A stretch of DNA of 63,934 bases, the filler included, from Octopus bimaculoides (lineage: Eukaryota): NCBI RefSeq assembly GCF_001194135.2. It is 7 parts of 6 records of this genome, joined end to end, with 100 filler letters (N's around TTAATTAATTAA, not from the genome) between each part and the next. Parts side by side here need not be neighbours in the genome. Positions count along the whole stretch, not along the records: positions 22,645 to 41,222 come from NC_068996.1; 6 more parts are not named here. The stretch is one strand, 5' to 3'. Both the position numbers and the translations under genes were made by a program. How positions within the stretch are numbered: position 1 is the stretch's first letter; each line of letters starts with the position of its first letter. Positions 23,035 to 34,805 of this stretch are shown in pieces. The notes under the pieces were generated by a model. It saw nothing but the letters and a program-made list of their open reading frames with translations, was not told where the DNA came from and searched no databases.

Positions 23035-23420
23035 GGCACAGGAGTGGCTATGTGGTAGGGAGCTTGCTTCCTAACCACATGGTTCCGGGTTCAGTCCCAC
23101 TGCGTGGCATCTTCAGCAAATGTCTCCTACGGTAGCCTCGAGTTGGCCGAATCCTTGTAAGTGGATTAGGTAGACGGAAACCGAAAGAAGTCCTTCGTAT
23201 ATATTTGTGTGTGTGTGGGTGTATGTGTATTTGTGTGTCCGCCCACCATCGGTTGACAACCGATGTTAGTGTGTTTACGTCCCGTGACTTAACGGTTCAG
23301 CAAAAGAGAACGAGAGTACTAGGCTTACAAAGAACAAGTCATGGGGTCGGCTTGTTCACCTAAAGTCAGTGCTCCAGCATGGCCGCAGTCAAGTGACTGA
23401 AACAAGTAAAAGAATAAAAG
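23035..23420 (+). mobile_element. SINE family A
   Basis: Head and tail match the 9921 copy. Confidence 0.85.
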
Positions 23421-23484
23421 AAAATATATGTGTGCGTGTGTAGATATATACGTATATACATATATATATATACCCCCCCACACA

Positions 23485-23529
<45 letters not shown>

Positions 23530-23879
23530 GCATATATATTTATATATATATATACACACACACATACACACACACACACATATGTATGTATTGAAACCGG
23601 TGATAAATAAGCTCTGCACATCGCTGCGTGTGTGTATTTCTGTGTACATGTATGGGATGTACGTCGATACCCTTCACTGTATATTGGTATGCATATAATT
23701 CCACGAAATATGACATCTGTTTGTTTCTATTCTTAAAGCTGACACAGAAGAGTGAGTGGTAAGCGTGTGTTGGGCGGGCGATCATTGAACGGAATTTGAT
23801 AACGCTGTCAGGAATCCTATTCAGCATGAAAAATATATCTTGGTCCGTCATGGAACAATAAAAAGTATACAAACGATAA

Positions 23880-23962
23880 TAATGACACTACTACCACCAC
23901 CACCACCACCACAACAACAACAACAACAATAACAACAACTACTACTACTACTACTACTACTC

Positions 23963-24052
<90 letters not shown>

Positions 24053-24058
24053 GTAATA
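23880..24058. repeat. Compound trinucleotide microsatellite (CAC/CAA/TAC/AAT)n
   Basis: Directly visible. Confidence 0.95.
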
Positions 24059-24669
24059 ATGCTTGCTTTATTGGCCACAAGGACGCAAAAACATTAAGAC
24101 TACAAAGATGGTGGACGGGGGATGGATTTACATAGAAACCTGTAAACAACAAGACAATAGAATTTACAAGAAACTTGAGAAACGAAATCTCCAATCCCAA
24201 CCAAGGGCGAGTTCTTTATTAGTCACAAAGTCTTGAAGAGTAACGCAATATGCAAAGAATTGTTAATCTCATTTTTAGAAAGGAAACGTATATGTTGAGA
24301 ATGTTTTATACATTTGTGAGGTGATGTTAAAGTTATTGTACATAATATAAATGGATGAATTAAGATTTTAAAACACAAACATTTACACCGAAATAAGCAA
24401 CAATGTGTGTTAAAACAAAAGATAATTAAGAAATAAATCATGAATGTTGACCACTTAGATGGCGTTATTGGGCATGATGTCTTTTCTAACTGGTTTTACG
24501 GGTATTGTTTTCTTGTGGAAATCAAGTTTCCATTTAAGGCCCTTGAGTCTGTTGAATATGAAAAACTATATCTTTGAAGATGGATTTTATTAATTCGCTA
24601 TAGTATTTTAATTGTACTAACTTCCTATCGTTTGTATGTTTCCTTTATTTCGAACCTAATTTACGTAGA

Positions 24670-26000
24670 TCTCGAAGCTCTCAATATCCTGAGACGCATG
24701 AGGCGGTCAAAGTGAACCAGCGATAGAGGATCTTCGCTTCTCAAAATGCGTCATTCCATTTCCTGCTAATCAGCTGCATGTCCCTGTTGATTGTTTGGTG
24801 TTAATTCGTCTTTGGCCTCTCCTCGCCATTTCTTTCTATGAGCTTTTCAGGGCAAGTATTTCACGTTGTAGTTGTATTACATGACCCAGGTAATTCAAAC
24901 GAATTAAGTACTGGAAGACCGGAAAATGGAGCTATTTCATGCATATCTATGAAAGGTTACCTTACAGAATCTGACAACTGGAACCTAACTATACCCGTCT
25001 TATTTTTACATCATCGAAAAATTTATGGCACCCTACATGTATAGTTTTAGCAATGTTATTTGTTAAATTTTTGAAGGAAACCAAATCTCAGTTACTCTAG
25101 CTTGCTTTCATCTTCACCATTTTCAGTGGATGGGTGGAGAGGTATCAAGTTTCATTTTTATACTGAATACTTTTTGTTATTTTGCGCTGAGTGTATTTTG
25201 TAATTTTTCTTTTCTTTCGACAGCTAGTGCTCATTTTATCCTTCTTATGACCTGAACTCTTTCAACTCTAAAGTAAATTCATTTTTTGCCTTACTCCCTC
25301 TTTCTTCATAGTCCTTTACAATAAGTAGCTTCCGCAAAAGCAGCGACTTATCGTGTTACTGTTTGCTACTTTGAGAAGACGAAGTGTCTATTCATTTGTT
25401 TCTAGTATTGGACATAAAGTGGTTTCTCCCGCTATTTATTTTACTAATGATCTTCTGGAAAGTGGAGCTGGCAGCTAATCTCCATTACTGTTCTTTCTCG
25501 TTTTCTTACCTAGTCTGTCTAATTCTTCTACGTAGGTATCTATGAATTGGCTATTCGAGCGAGAAATGTAGCAAGTTAGCGTTTGTACTGTACCATCAAA
25601 TCCTTATAATTGGTCTCGGCACCCTCGACTGAGCACCATACCAATATGGCTTAGAGATTCCTATTGAGACAGAAGTGAAAATCAACAAAAATTCACGTTG
25701 CTTAAATGTTCCTACCGTCATTTTAGTTACTTTGCCTGAAGCACAGGAGCTAAAGTGGATCGATGGAGGTATATCTAGCTTCAGCAGCCCTTGTCTTGGT
25801 TGAATCTACCATTTTAACGTACATTTTTCTCTTTGTTCTCATTTGCAAAGAAACGCAATCTGGTTTTTGAGAAATTTTCCCAGTTTATTTTTCTTAGTTT
25901 AAGCTGTGATAAGTCTAACTCTTTTACGTTAGACTTGATGCGAAATTAGCTTTAAGACAGCCAAAATAGCTTCCTGAGTCTTTGAGCGGCAGGCACTTGT
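24670..26000 (-). mobile_element. Highly decayed RTE-like LINE remnants
   Basis: A GRPKT…RDMQ…W C-terminal-like stretch near 24700-24840 and weak endonuclease-like pieces further along. Many stops. Confidence 0.4.
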
Positions 26001-26169
26001 AGCAGTTGTTTTTACTGTTCACACAATCTTCCAAAGAATTTATTAGACTGTTTAGAATATTTTTCTGTTTATTGTTAATTAGAATGTGTCTTTTTTACTT
26101 TCTTTCAGTTGTATACACCGTTGTTTTGTGTTGTTGTTGTTTTTTTCTCCCTTTATCCTCACATTATAT

Positions 26170-27410
26170 TGCCGATCGAGGATACTTGGGTAGTATCATT
26201 ACCTGGATATTCAACAGCTTTTGTAGATTGGACAAAGTCTGATTTAGCAAATCTAGATAGAATTATGAAGGCATTGAATATGAATGAATGGTCGCACCCA
26301 AGATCAGGAGTAGTAAAAATTGTATTTTCTTGAAACAAAGGTGGGAGAAGTATGTCAGTAGAAAACTGTGTGGAGTTAGATAGAGTAGGTATACTTTTCT
26401 ACCCTAGGCACAAGGCCCGAAATTTGGGGGGAGTTGGCAGTCGATTGCATCAATAGCAGTACGTAACAGGTACTTAATTTATCGACCCCGAAAGGATAAA
26501 AGGCAAAGTTGACCTCGACGGAATTTGAACTCAGAACGTAAAGACAGACAAAATACTGCTAAGCGTTTCGCCCGGCGTGCTAACGTTTCTCCCAGCTCGC
26601 CGCCTTACAGTCGAAAAATGTTACTAAGAGCTGCTAGCATGATAGTAGAGGATATAGAAAAAAATGGACAAATATAATTAAAAAAACTAGTTAAAAGAAA
26701 CAAGATTGTCTGACTGGTGAGAGAAGGCTTTGCATGGTAAATATCCAAACGTAGTGACATGAAATAGTAATAATAAGGCATGTTTGCTAGTAGCAGCACA
26801 AGATTAGGCATTGAGGATTAATTGGTTAAAAGGCAAGATAGACAAAAGTCAGGAAGATTTTCTATCTAGGTTATGTAAAACAAAGGAAGAAATTGTTACT
26901 GATATAGTAAGTAAATACAGCATGCTGGCACAGGAAGAATGCAAGAAAAGACATGACGATCTGAGGAGAATAATCCACTGGAAGTTATGTAGAAAGCTAA
27001 GGTTAGACCTTACTGATTAATGGTATGAACATTAACCTAGTGAAGAGCTAGAAAGTATGCAATATAAGAGTTTGTGTGATTTAAAAATTCAAACTGACAG
27101 TGTAATAGAGTTGTAGTCGAGAAGGAGCATAGAAAGTGCTAGATAATTAACTTTACAGTTCCAAAGTCAATATGAGAGGTATAGAAAAAATAGCCAAGTA
27201 CCAGAACCTAGATTTTGAGTTACAAAGACTATGGAAAGTGCAGGTAAAATGTATCCCTGTAGTTATAGATACATTAGGTACTATCCCTAAAGATTCGAAC
27301 AGATGGATTGAGGAAATAGGCATAAAACCTAGTCTAGAGCAGCTCCCGAAAACAACCTTATTAGGTAGAGATAGGTTACTTAGGAAGGTTCTAATAATCT
27401 AAGGTTACTT
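26170..27410 (+). mobile_element. Decayed R4/Dong-like RLE non-LTR retrotransposon
   Basis: GYSTAFVDWTKSDLANLDR…HPRS, a degenerate zinc knuckle (RLCKTKEEIVTDIVS…RHDDLRRIIHWKLC), and EKIAKYQNLDFELQRLWKVQVKCIPVVIDTLGTIPK. Interrupted by a SINE at 26392. Confidence 0.78.
26392..26604 (-). mobile_element. tRNA-derived SINE family C, near full length
   Basis: Minus strand GGCGGCGAGCTGG…CGTTAGCACGCCGGGCG…GAGTTCAAATTCC…TTGCCTTTTATCCTTTCGGGGTCGATAAATTAAGTACC. Partial relatives near 1890, 16318, 22684, 45838, 52370 and 54060. Confidence 0.85.
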
Positions 27411-27729
27411 GTTGTAGGCTGATGGTAGGAATATTTTCTCAACAGCCTATTATGTTGTGCGTATAGGAAATAATAATAATGACAACAAAAACAGCAGCAC
27501 AAAGAACAATGATGATAATGATGATGGTAATGGGGTAAGCTAAGCAGAACAGAAACAGATAAAGTGAAATCCCAACAATGGTTGAGAAATACATAATGAA
27601 GAATAATACAATAAATAGCTGCAGAATATATGGTGGGGAAGAAACAATAAATATTATCTCTCGCTGCCCCTTCCTGGTTAAAACAGACGTAAGACTTATT
27701 ATACACTGGAAGTTATGCTAACACTATGG

Positions 27730-28155
27730 AACGACAAGGAAAAAGGGATAGTGGAGGCATATCCCAGAAAAGGTCTCACACAATGACAATGCAAACATAC
27801 TGTAGGATATCTCGATATATACAGATAGACAGATCAAGGCTAATAGACTGGATATAGTTGTCAGAGGAAACGAAGAGAAATAATGCCTTTTAACTGATTT
27901 ATCAATGCCAACAGATGACGATGTACCTCTAAAAGAAATTGAGAAATCATCGAAATACAATGTTCTGGAAATAGAGCCTTAAAAAAGAAACGATTCCTAT
28001 AGTAATATGTGAATTAGGTATGATTAAAAAACATTCTGACAAATGATTAATCAAAACATCTAACACAGAAAATAGCACCACTACGCACAGCACATACACA
28101 AGGAACACATAACTGTGCTCGGTAGTGCAGTGGCAACACGTGATAAGACTACGGA

Positions 28156-28157
<2 letters not shown>
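27730..28157 (+). mobile_element. R4/Dong-like RLE endonuclease and 3' UTR fragment ending in (AAT)n
   Basis: HIPEKV…IYTDRQIKANRLDIVV…DLSMPTDDDVPLKEIEKSSKY. The 3' UTR (…GCTCGGTAGTGCAGTG…) is shared with the 31590 fragment. Confidence 0.75.
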
Positions 28158-28228
<71 letters not shown>

Positions 28229-28229
<1 letters not shown>

Positions 28230-28784
28230 GCCAGGACGATGTACCAGGCTGTGGCTCTCATGGCTTCTGATTTTAACTGATTGGAAGTGTTATCATGTAC
28301 ATTGTTTTGTCTTGGTATAAAAAGATGGGCTACAGCAAATATTCTGCTCAATACCACAGATTTTCTTGTCAATTGTTTGACCATAACCAATTGCGCATGT
28401 CCCTTAGTGGCTGACGATATGTGCATCTCTGATTAAGAGCAGAAGTAGTAGGGAAGCTTCATAGCTGTGTGTTGAGAGGAATTCTTTGGGGTTTGAATAA
28501 TTCACCTCTGAAAACATGGGTATTTCGTTCAACATCCTTAAACAAAATTTATTCATGGACCTTTTGTGTAGGATAGGCTCCTCGACCTGAAGAAAATTCT
28601 AACTGGGTCCCACCTGCAAAGTCATGCGCTGTTTATCTTGATATGAGATCACCATGTCGCGTACATATGGTTGTGATGTATGTGCCTGGTGTACCCTTAT
28701 CAGACGGGTAGTCATGATGGGTATAATGGGCTTCGAATATTTTACCCCAGTGTCACTTTGATGGCATTCACTACTCTCTCACTC

Positions 28785-28785
<1 letters not shown>
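28229..28785. mobile_element. About 560-bp non-coding repeat element bounded by (AAT)n on both sides
   Basis: Non-microsatellite block between (ATA)n at 28158-28228 and (AAT)n at about 28786-28840. No coding signal. Repeat status is from recall and from this structure. Confidence 0.55.
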
Positions 28786-28838
<53 letters not shown>

Positions 28839-28980
28839 TATATAGATATGACATGTTAGCTAGGGAGATTCAGCAGCTGTGGTCGATGAAAATGGTGGTA
28901 GTAGTACTAATAACTGTCGGAGTTCTGGGAACAGTGAGTAAATATCTTGAGAAGTACATGGTACAAATAGGGGCTGCAAT

Positions 28981-30640
28981 ACTGACTACCCTGCTCGTCA
29001 CCTCGTTCCAGTTCTTATCCACCAAGAGGTCCGGTCCAAACCAAACCCCAAGCAACTTTACCCGTCCATCCATCCAACGCATAGCGATGCTGTTGGACGG
29101 CATAGACTTGCTTCTCCAGGTGCCGAGTTGCAAGCCTACCGACTTTTCCAGGTTAAGTTTTGCTCTCGTCAACTTTTCATATTCCTCTAATGATGCGCCA
29201 ACAATCTCGATTTCTGACACCATCACGGTGATATTGTCCGCATATGCCGACAAAGCACTTCTGCGTCCCAGTTTGCGTGGGATGCGCTGTAGAAACTCAA
29301 GCTTCTGCAGTAAAGGCTGAAGAATCAATATATACAGAAGGGAGGAGAGAGGGTACGCTTGACGGACCGATCGAGAAATTTGAAACGGTTCTGAGAGGTG
29401 GCCATTAATTTTGACCAACGAACAGATGCTGCTGTGCATTGCAGAGATCCAACCTTTGAGGACATGACCGATGCCAACCGCTTTTAGGACTCTAGATATC
29501 GATTTTCGAGCTTATTGAAAGCTTTTGATTGATCGAAATTGATCAGTACCCCACCGAAGCCATTTTACACCTTACCCTTTTTATGATGTATCGCATGAGG
29601 TGGAGGTTGTCATGTATGGACCTAGTCAGGATTGAGCAGGTTTGCGCCTTCCCAACCAAATCCTTGACGGCAAGCGCCAACCTCTTTGCTAATACCTTGG
29701 TCAAGATCTTAAATTCTGTGTTAAGCAGAGTTATGGGCCTGAAGTTAAGTCCTTTTTGTTTTCGCCTTTCCTTATCAGCGTCCCTACGTTCTCACAGAAC
29801 TGGGAATACTCCCGTTCTGCTGCCAGTTGCAGTAGGGCGCTTCGAGGAGTTTAGAGAACAAGTCTGGTATATTTACGTAAAGTTCATAGGGCAGACCATC
29901 TAATCGGGTAACTTGTGCCACGTGCAGCCGACAAGGGCATCCTCAATTTCGCCTGAAGGTGTCTGCCTTTCACAGTACTCAGCGTCGGTCACCGAGAGAC
30001 GCGGCAAGCCGTCGAGGTAATGACTGAAGTCCGCCACCATCGCCCCACCATTCTCTCCGTACAACCGTGCAAAGTGCTGGCGAAAGGCCTCATACATCCT
30101 CCTAGAATCGCTCAGCTCGTGTCCGTCTCGGTCTGTCAAAGACCGAATTGTGGTTTTGTTATCACGATGACCCTCTAACACGCGGGCCAATAGAATAGCT
30201 CTGATCCTCTCATTTCTTGGAGCACGCGCCTTAGCTCTGACAATGCAGCCTTCATGTTTCGCACTAAAGAACTGGTCTCATGCCATTCTCGCTACTAGCA
30301 CGTCGGTTGCAATGGCACTACAAATCGCCTCGTCTAATTTAGCTACTAACCCCACCTATCTTCTATTTTTCTAATGCTATTTCTTTGCTAAATCCTATCG
30401 ACATTACTTTAATCTCTCTTTCGAGAGTCGCCCATCCCCTGTTGTTGACGACCCCACCTGTTAACTTCTGCTTAACTAAATTGCTGACTCGGTCCCTGTG
30501 AGCCTTACATGCTGGAAACATGTTCAGCTTCCAATACCCGCTTCCAAACCTACGCGTCTTATCTACGTCCACCATACAGATTCCAAACTTATGGTCTGAA
30601 TAGGCGGCCGTTGGATCGTTAGAGGTGAATCGTTGCTTTT
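28981..30640 (-). mobile_element. Tx1/L1-like LINE ORF2 pseudogene (APE end + RT)
   Basis: FGSGYWKLN, ITLLNTEFKILTKVLAKRL, INGHLSEPFQISRSVRQAYPLSSLLY, SAYADNITV (YADD equivalent), LLGVWFG. Multiple frameshifts. Confidence 0.85.
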
Positions 30641-31589
30641 TTCGTGTCTGCTGAAATGCATCTGAAAAGCACCGTTCTTCTCTCCACCGCTTCAATTGTC
30701 TCTGATGGAACTGTCAAGTGGTTGGCCGAATTTTTCTCTTGTTTTATTAGTTTTCATGCCCGTGGTAGCGTCTGTTCCCTATTTGTGAGGTCTACAGTAA
30801 ATCGCTGTTTGTTCTTCACCGCTGCTGCTGCGAACATATTCTTATTATTGTTATTGGTATTGTATTGTTTTTGTTGTTGTTACTGTTGCAGCCGTTTTTG
30901 TTGTCGTTGTTCTTATCGACGTTGTTGATATTGGTTTTGTTGTTGTTGCTGTTGTCACTTTTGCCGTTGCTGTCTGCTTCGCGGTTGTTGTTGCTATCAA
31001 TATTACTACTGCTGCGGCTGCTGTCACTGTTGCGGTTGCTGCTGTTGTCGTTGCTATGTTGCTGCTGTTTCTGCTACTATTGTTGTTACTGTTACCTGGA
31101 CTTTGTACCATGATAGTTTTGTTTTTCTCCTCCTCTCCTTCCCTTGTATTGTTGCCCGTAACGGGGTGTGGGGGAAGGAAGTCTTCATCCATATTGGTAG
31201 GAGGGATTGCTTTATTTTTTCTCAACTCTTTCAAGACGCATCCCGCCATTCCTGTTGAGTTGTATTTGTTTATTGAAATTTAATGCCCACTGAAATTATT
31301 TCGTGGTCCGAAATTCGCCCCTGTGAGGGCTACGTAACCATAAAGATGCTAGTGTTTCTATTCACAACGTGGAATAAAATACTTATTGGAAAAGGGTACC
31401 AATCCTGGTGTAAATAAATATTTTGAACAGCACTAACTTGGAGCGTTCAGGGGAAACTCTCAAATTACAGAGATCTGGAAATAAAGATAACTCGAATGTG
31501 GAGCCTAAGAAGGGAAACAATTCCTGGAATATTAGGTGCATGAAGTATGATTTTAAAAAATCAGATTCATAACTAAAACACCAGGACTT

Positions 31590-31800
31590 ACGAATGTATG
31601 TAACATACAGAAAATAACACTACTAAGCACCGCCGCGCACATCCTACGTAAAGCACTTTCGGTATAGTAAAAATAAGAGTATCACAATAAACCGCAGCAC
31701 AAACCCAAAGCACACAGGGCTGCGCTCGGTAGTGCAGTGAAAGGACATGACAAGTAGAAGAACAAACATAACATGAAATATCCACATAAAACAGCAATAG
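31590..31800 (+). mobile_element. R4/Dong-like 3' end fragment
   Basis: KITLLSTAAHILRKALSV* followed by the same 3' UTR motif as at 28075-28150. Confidence 0.65.
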
Positions 31801-34027
31801 TTTATCATATTGTCCTCTGTGAAACACCGGGAAGAGAACAAAGGCAGGAAAATAAGTAAAGAATATATTATAGGAGTGGGTTTACAACGAGTAATAATAG
31901 TGAGATTAAGGTTGAGAAAAGATTGACATCAATAAATAGACAAATGGATAGTCAGGGGATAAAAAAAACGTTTAGACTTTTGTATGTAGACATGTTAGTA
32001 TGTGTTTTTATGTATGTGTATATACTGGTGTGCTGAGTTTCAATTGTAATTTTGTGATTGGTGTGCCTTTATTGACCGAGTAATTTGTAACTAAGATTAA
32101 GTTTTTGTTTATGATACTTTACAACGATTGACCAAGCATAAATACGCTTCCGGATTTACCATGGTTGTTCTTTTGTCAAATTATCATTTTATTTATTTAT
32201 TTTCATTAAGCTGTTTTCAATGAGAAAAGCAAAGAATAGAAAAATATGCAGCATATAAACATTTAAGTATTTTAATAAATGTGCTTTTAAATAAAGCTGA
32301 TGCGTTGTTGTTTACTATTAAGACAAATTCGTCGAGAACAGCTATTATCAAAGGTGATACATTCGTGAACATCATGCATTATTAGCAGACATTTACAACT
32401 ACACTGCCCAGCTTGATATTGCTATTACAGATTTATTTCTATACCGATCAAATAACGAGGTAAATGATACAGTTAATTTTAGAAGGACTTGAACTGCGTA
32501 GATGTTCCTTCTATAAAACATAATGTAAGCCTCATTTAATTAATAAATCTATACTATTTTGTTCTTTCCCTCAAAAATTATTTAGCAGGTTTCAAGCATT
32601 TATAGCTGTCAATTTAGTTAATTATATCGACTGCAGAACTTAGCCTATTGCGCATCTTATCGGACTTTAGTTTTCCAGTCATTAAGGTCATATGAAATAT
32701 GTTGCTTTAGAGACTTTGTTACTTTCAAACTGTTTTTTACACCAGTAAAAATACGTTTTGTTGGTAGAAGGGCAATTTTACATGTATGTATGTATGTATG
32801 TATGTATGTATGTATGTATGTATGTATGTATGTATGTATGTACGTATGTACCTATGTATGTATGTAGGTATGTATGTACGTATGTACCTATGTATGTATG
32901 TAGGTATGTATGTATGTATGTATGTATGTATGTACGTATGTATGTATGTATGTGTACACTCACTCACAGACTCATATATATGTATGTACTAATCATTAAA
33001 ATCTTACAACACTGAATTTTTACATTTCTTTTTTAAATTTCCTATTTTCAAAAATATTTTCATATTTTATAAAAGACTTCAAGTAATAGTTTGTATGGTA
33101 ACAATAACTATTTTGAGATGAATACAAGTTACACTTGGATGAATATTTACATGGTAATAGATAGACGGCATTGTTGGATAGTTAACGGAGACAATGCTGA
33201 TAATATAATAATAGTTTTTGGGTGAATATTTTTTTTTAAATGAAGCCAAATTTAAATTATTACTGTTGTCTATTTAGAGACAGGTTTGAATTTTTTCTTT
33301 TTTTCTTTTTGCCTTGCTATAACATCATTTGAGGGGAAAATTATATAAAATTTCAATAAATTTTTCTATCGTTTTGCCAATTGATTACTTAAGGGGATCG
33401 GTAACTCGTTGTCGGTGTACTCGCGTGTATTTTGATAAGGAGCTTCAGATTTGGTCACAGTTCTTGTGCTAGATACTGTAAATGAGATCTCTGATTTTAT
33501 TGTTAATATTTACATCGATGAATATTATCCTTCAGGTCTATATGTTGATATGATGATCGGAATGAATAAAAGTTCACCAACACCCCCAACGTCTATCAAT
33601 ACAGATACAACCTGTTTTTATCACTGACCTTTCGATCAAACTTACCTTGTCAAAAATTATTTCAGGTTGTTTTTGGCTGTCATTTGCTTTGAACAGGCAT
33701 TCGATTGATAATTAAATACTTTGGCAAATAGTGAGATTCATGTGGCATTGATAATATTATGGTTGTGAATTGTATATCAATATAAAAGAACCTGGCTTTG
33801 TGCTTCTCTGACACGACAACCTCGAAGTTATGTATGTATATATTTTGCCCGTTGTGTATAATTATGTATATGTAAATGTGTAGTTTTTGTTTCAATTCTT
33901 TTGATTTCTACGAGTCGTTGTTTTCTTATGTTAAATCATGAACAAAGGTAAAATATTTTTTTTGTGTTTGATGACATAATCTAATGATCGATTACTGATG
34001 TTTGTATGCATATCTATCAATCTATCC

Positions 34028-34089
<62 letters not shown>

Positions 34090-34593
34090 NNNNNNNNNNN
34101 NNNNNNNNNNNNNNNNNNNNNNNNNNNNNNNNNNNNNNNNNNNNNNNNNNNNNNNNNNNNNNNNNNNNNNNNNNNNNNNNNNNNNNNNNNNNNNNNNNNN
34201 NNNNNNNNNNNNNNNNNNNNNNNNNNNNNNNNNNNNNNNNNNNNNNNNNNNNNNNNNNNNNNNNNNNNNNNNNNNNNNNNNNNNNNNNNNNNNNNNNNNN
34301 NNNNNNNNNNNNNNNNCAGATTTTTCAATATGCTAAGCCACTGGTTTTAAATTGATATTGATCAAATTAATATTCAGTTGTTCACCCTTATTATTTAAAT
34401 TTAAATAACCATGTTCTCTAACCGGCAAAATTCACCGCAGAGAATTATTTTCTGCACAATTATTTCCGGTATTTGGCGCGCCAAAACAAAGACTTTTGAA
34501 ATATAACCCCAAATGTAATTGGTAGAACAATATACATGTTCAATCTCATGCAGTCGTCTCGTGTATAGTTCTGCAAATTATATTGCTATGATG

Positions 34594-34665
34594 ATCACAC
34601 TGATGAGTTGCGGACATTTACGTAAGTGATTACGTCAGTGTTAACAACGAAGCCAGGTATGTGAT
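34594..34665 (+). ncRNA. Degenerate type I hammerhead-ribozyme-like motif
   Basis: ATCACA-CTGATGA-GTTG…long hairpin…CAAC-GAAG-CCAGG-TA-TGTGAT. Stem I is 6 bp. GAAG replaces the canonical GAAA. Confidence 0.4.
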
Positions 34666-34717
34666 TAATCTTTATATTTTGCATCTCTTCATTTGTCTTA
34701 CCCGCTTACACACACTT

Positions 34718-34750
<33 letters not shown>

Positions 34751-34771
34751 CACACACATATACATACACAC

Positions 34772-34805
<34 letters not shown>

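Noticed and set aside
30851-31249. Thr/Asn/Ala-rich 132-aa ORF as a mucin-like gene
   Set aside because: It is low-complexity trinucleotide sequence directly upstream of the Tx1-like ORF2 on the same strand, more likely element ORF1/UTR or microsatellite.
32737-33015. YVCM/HTYI/YLSI repeat ORFs (also at 39.4-39.9 kb and 51.2-51.5 kb)
   Set aside because: These are translations of (TATG)n and (TAGA)n microsatellites.
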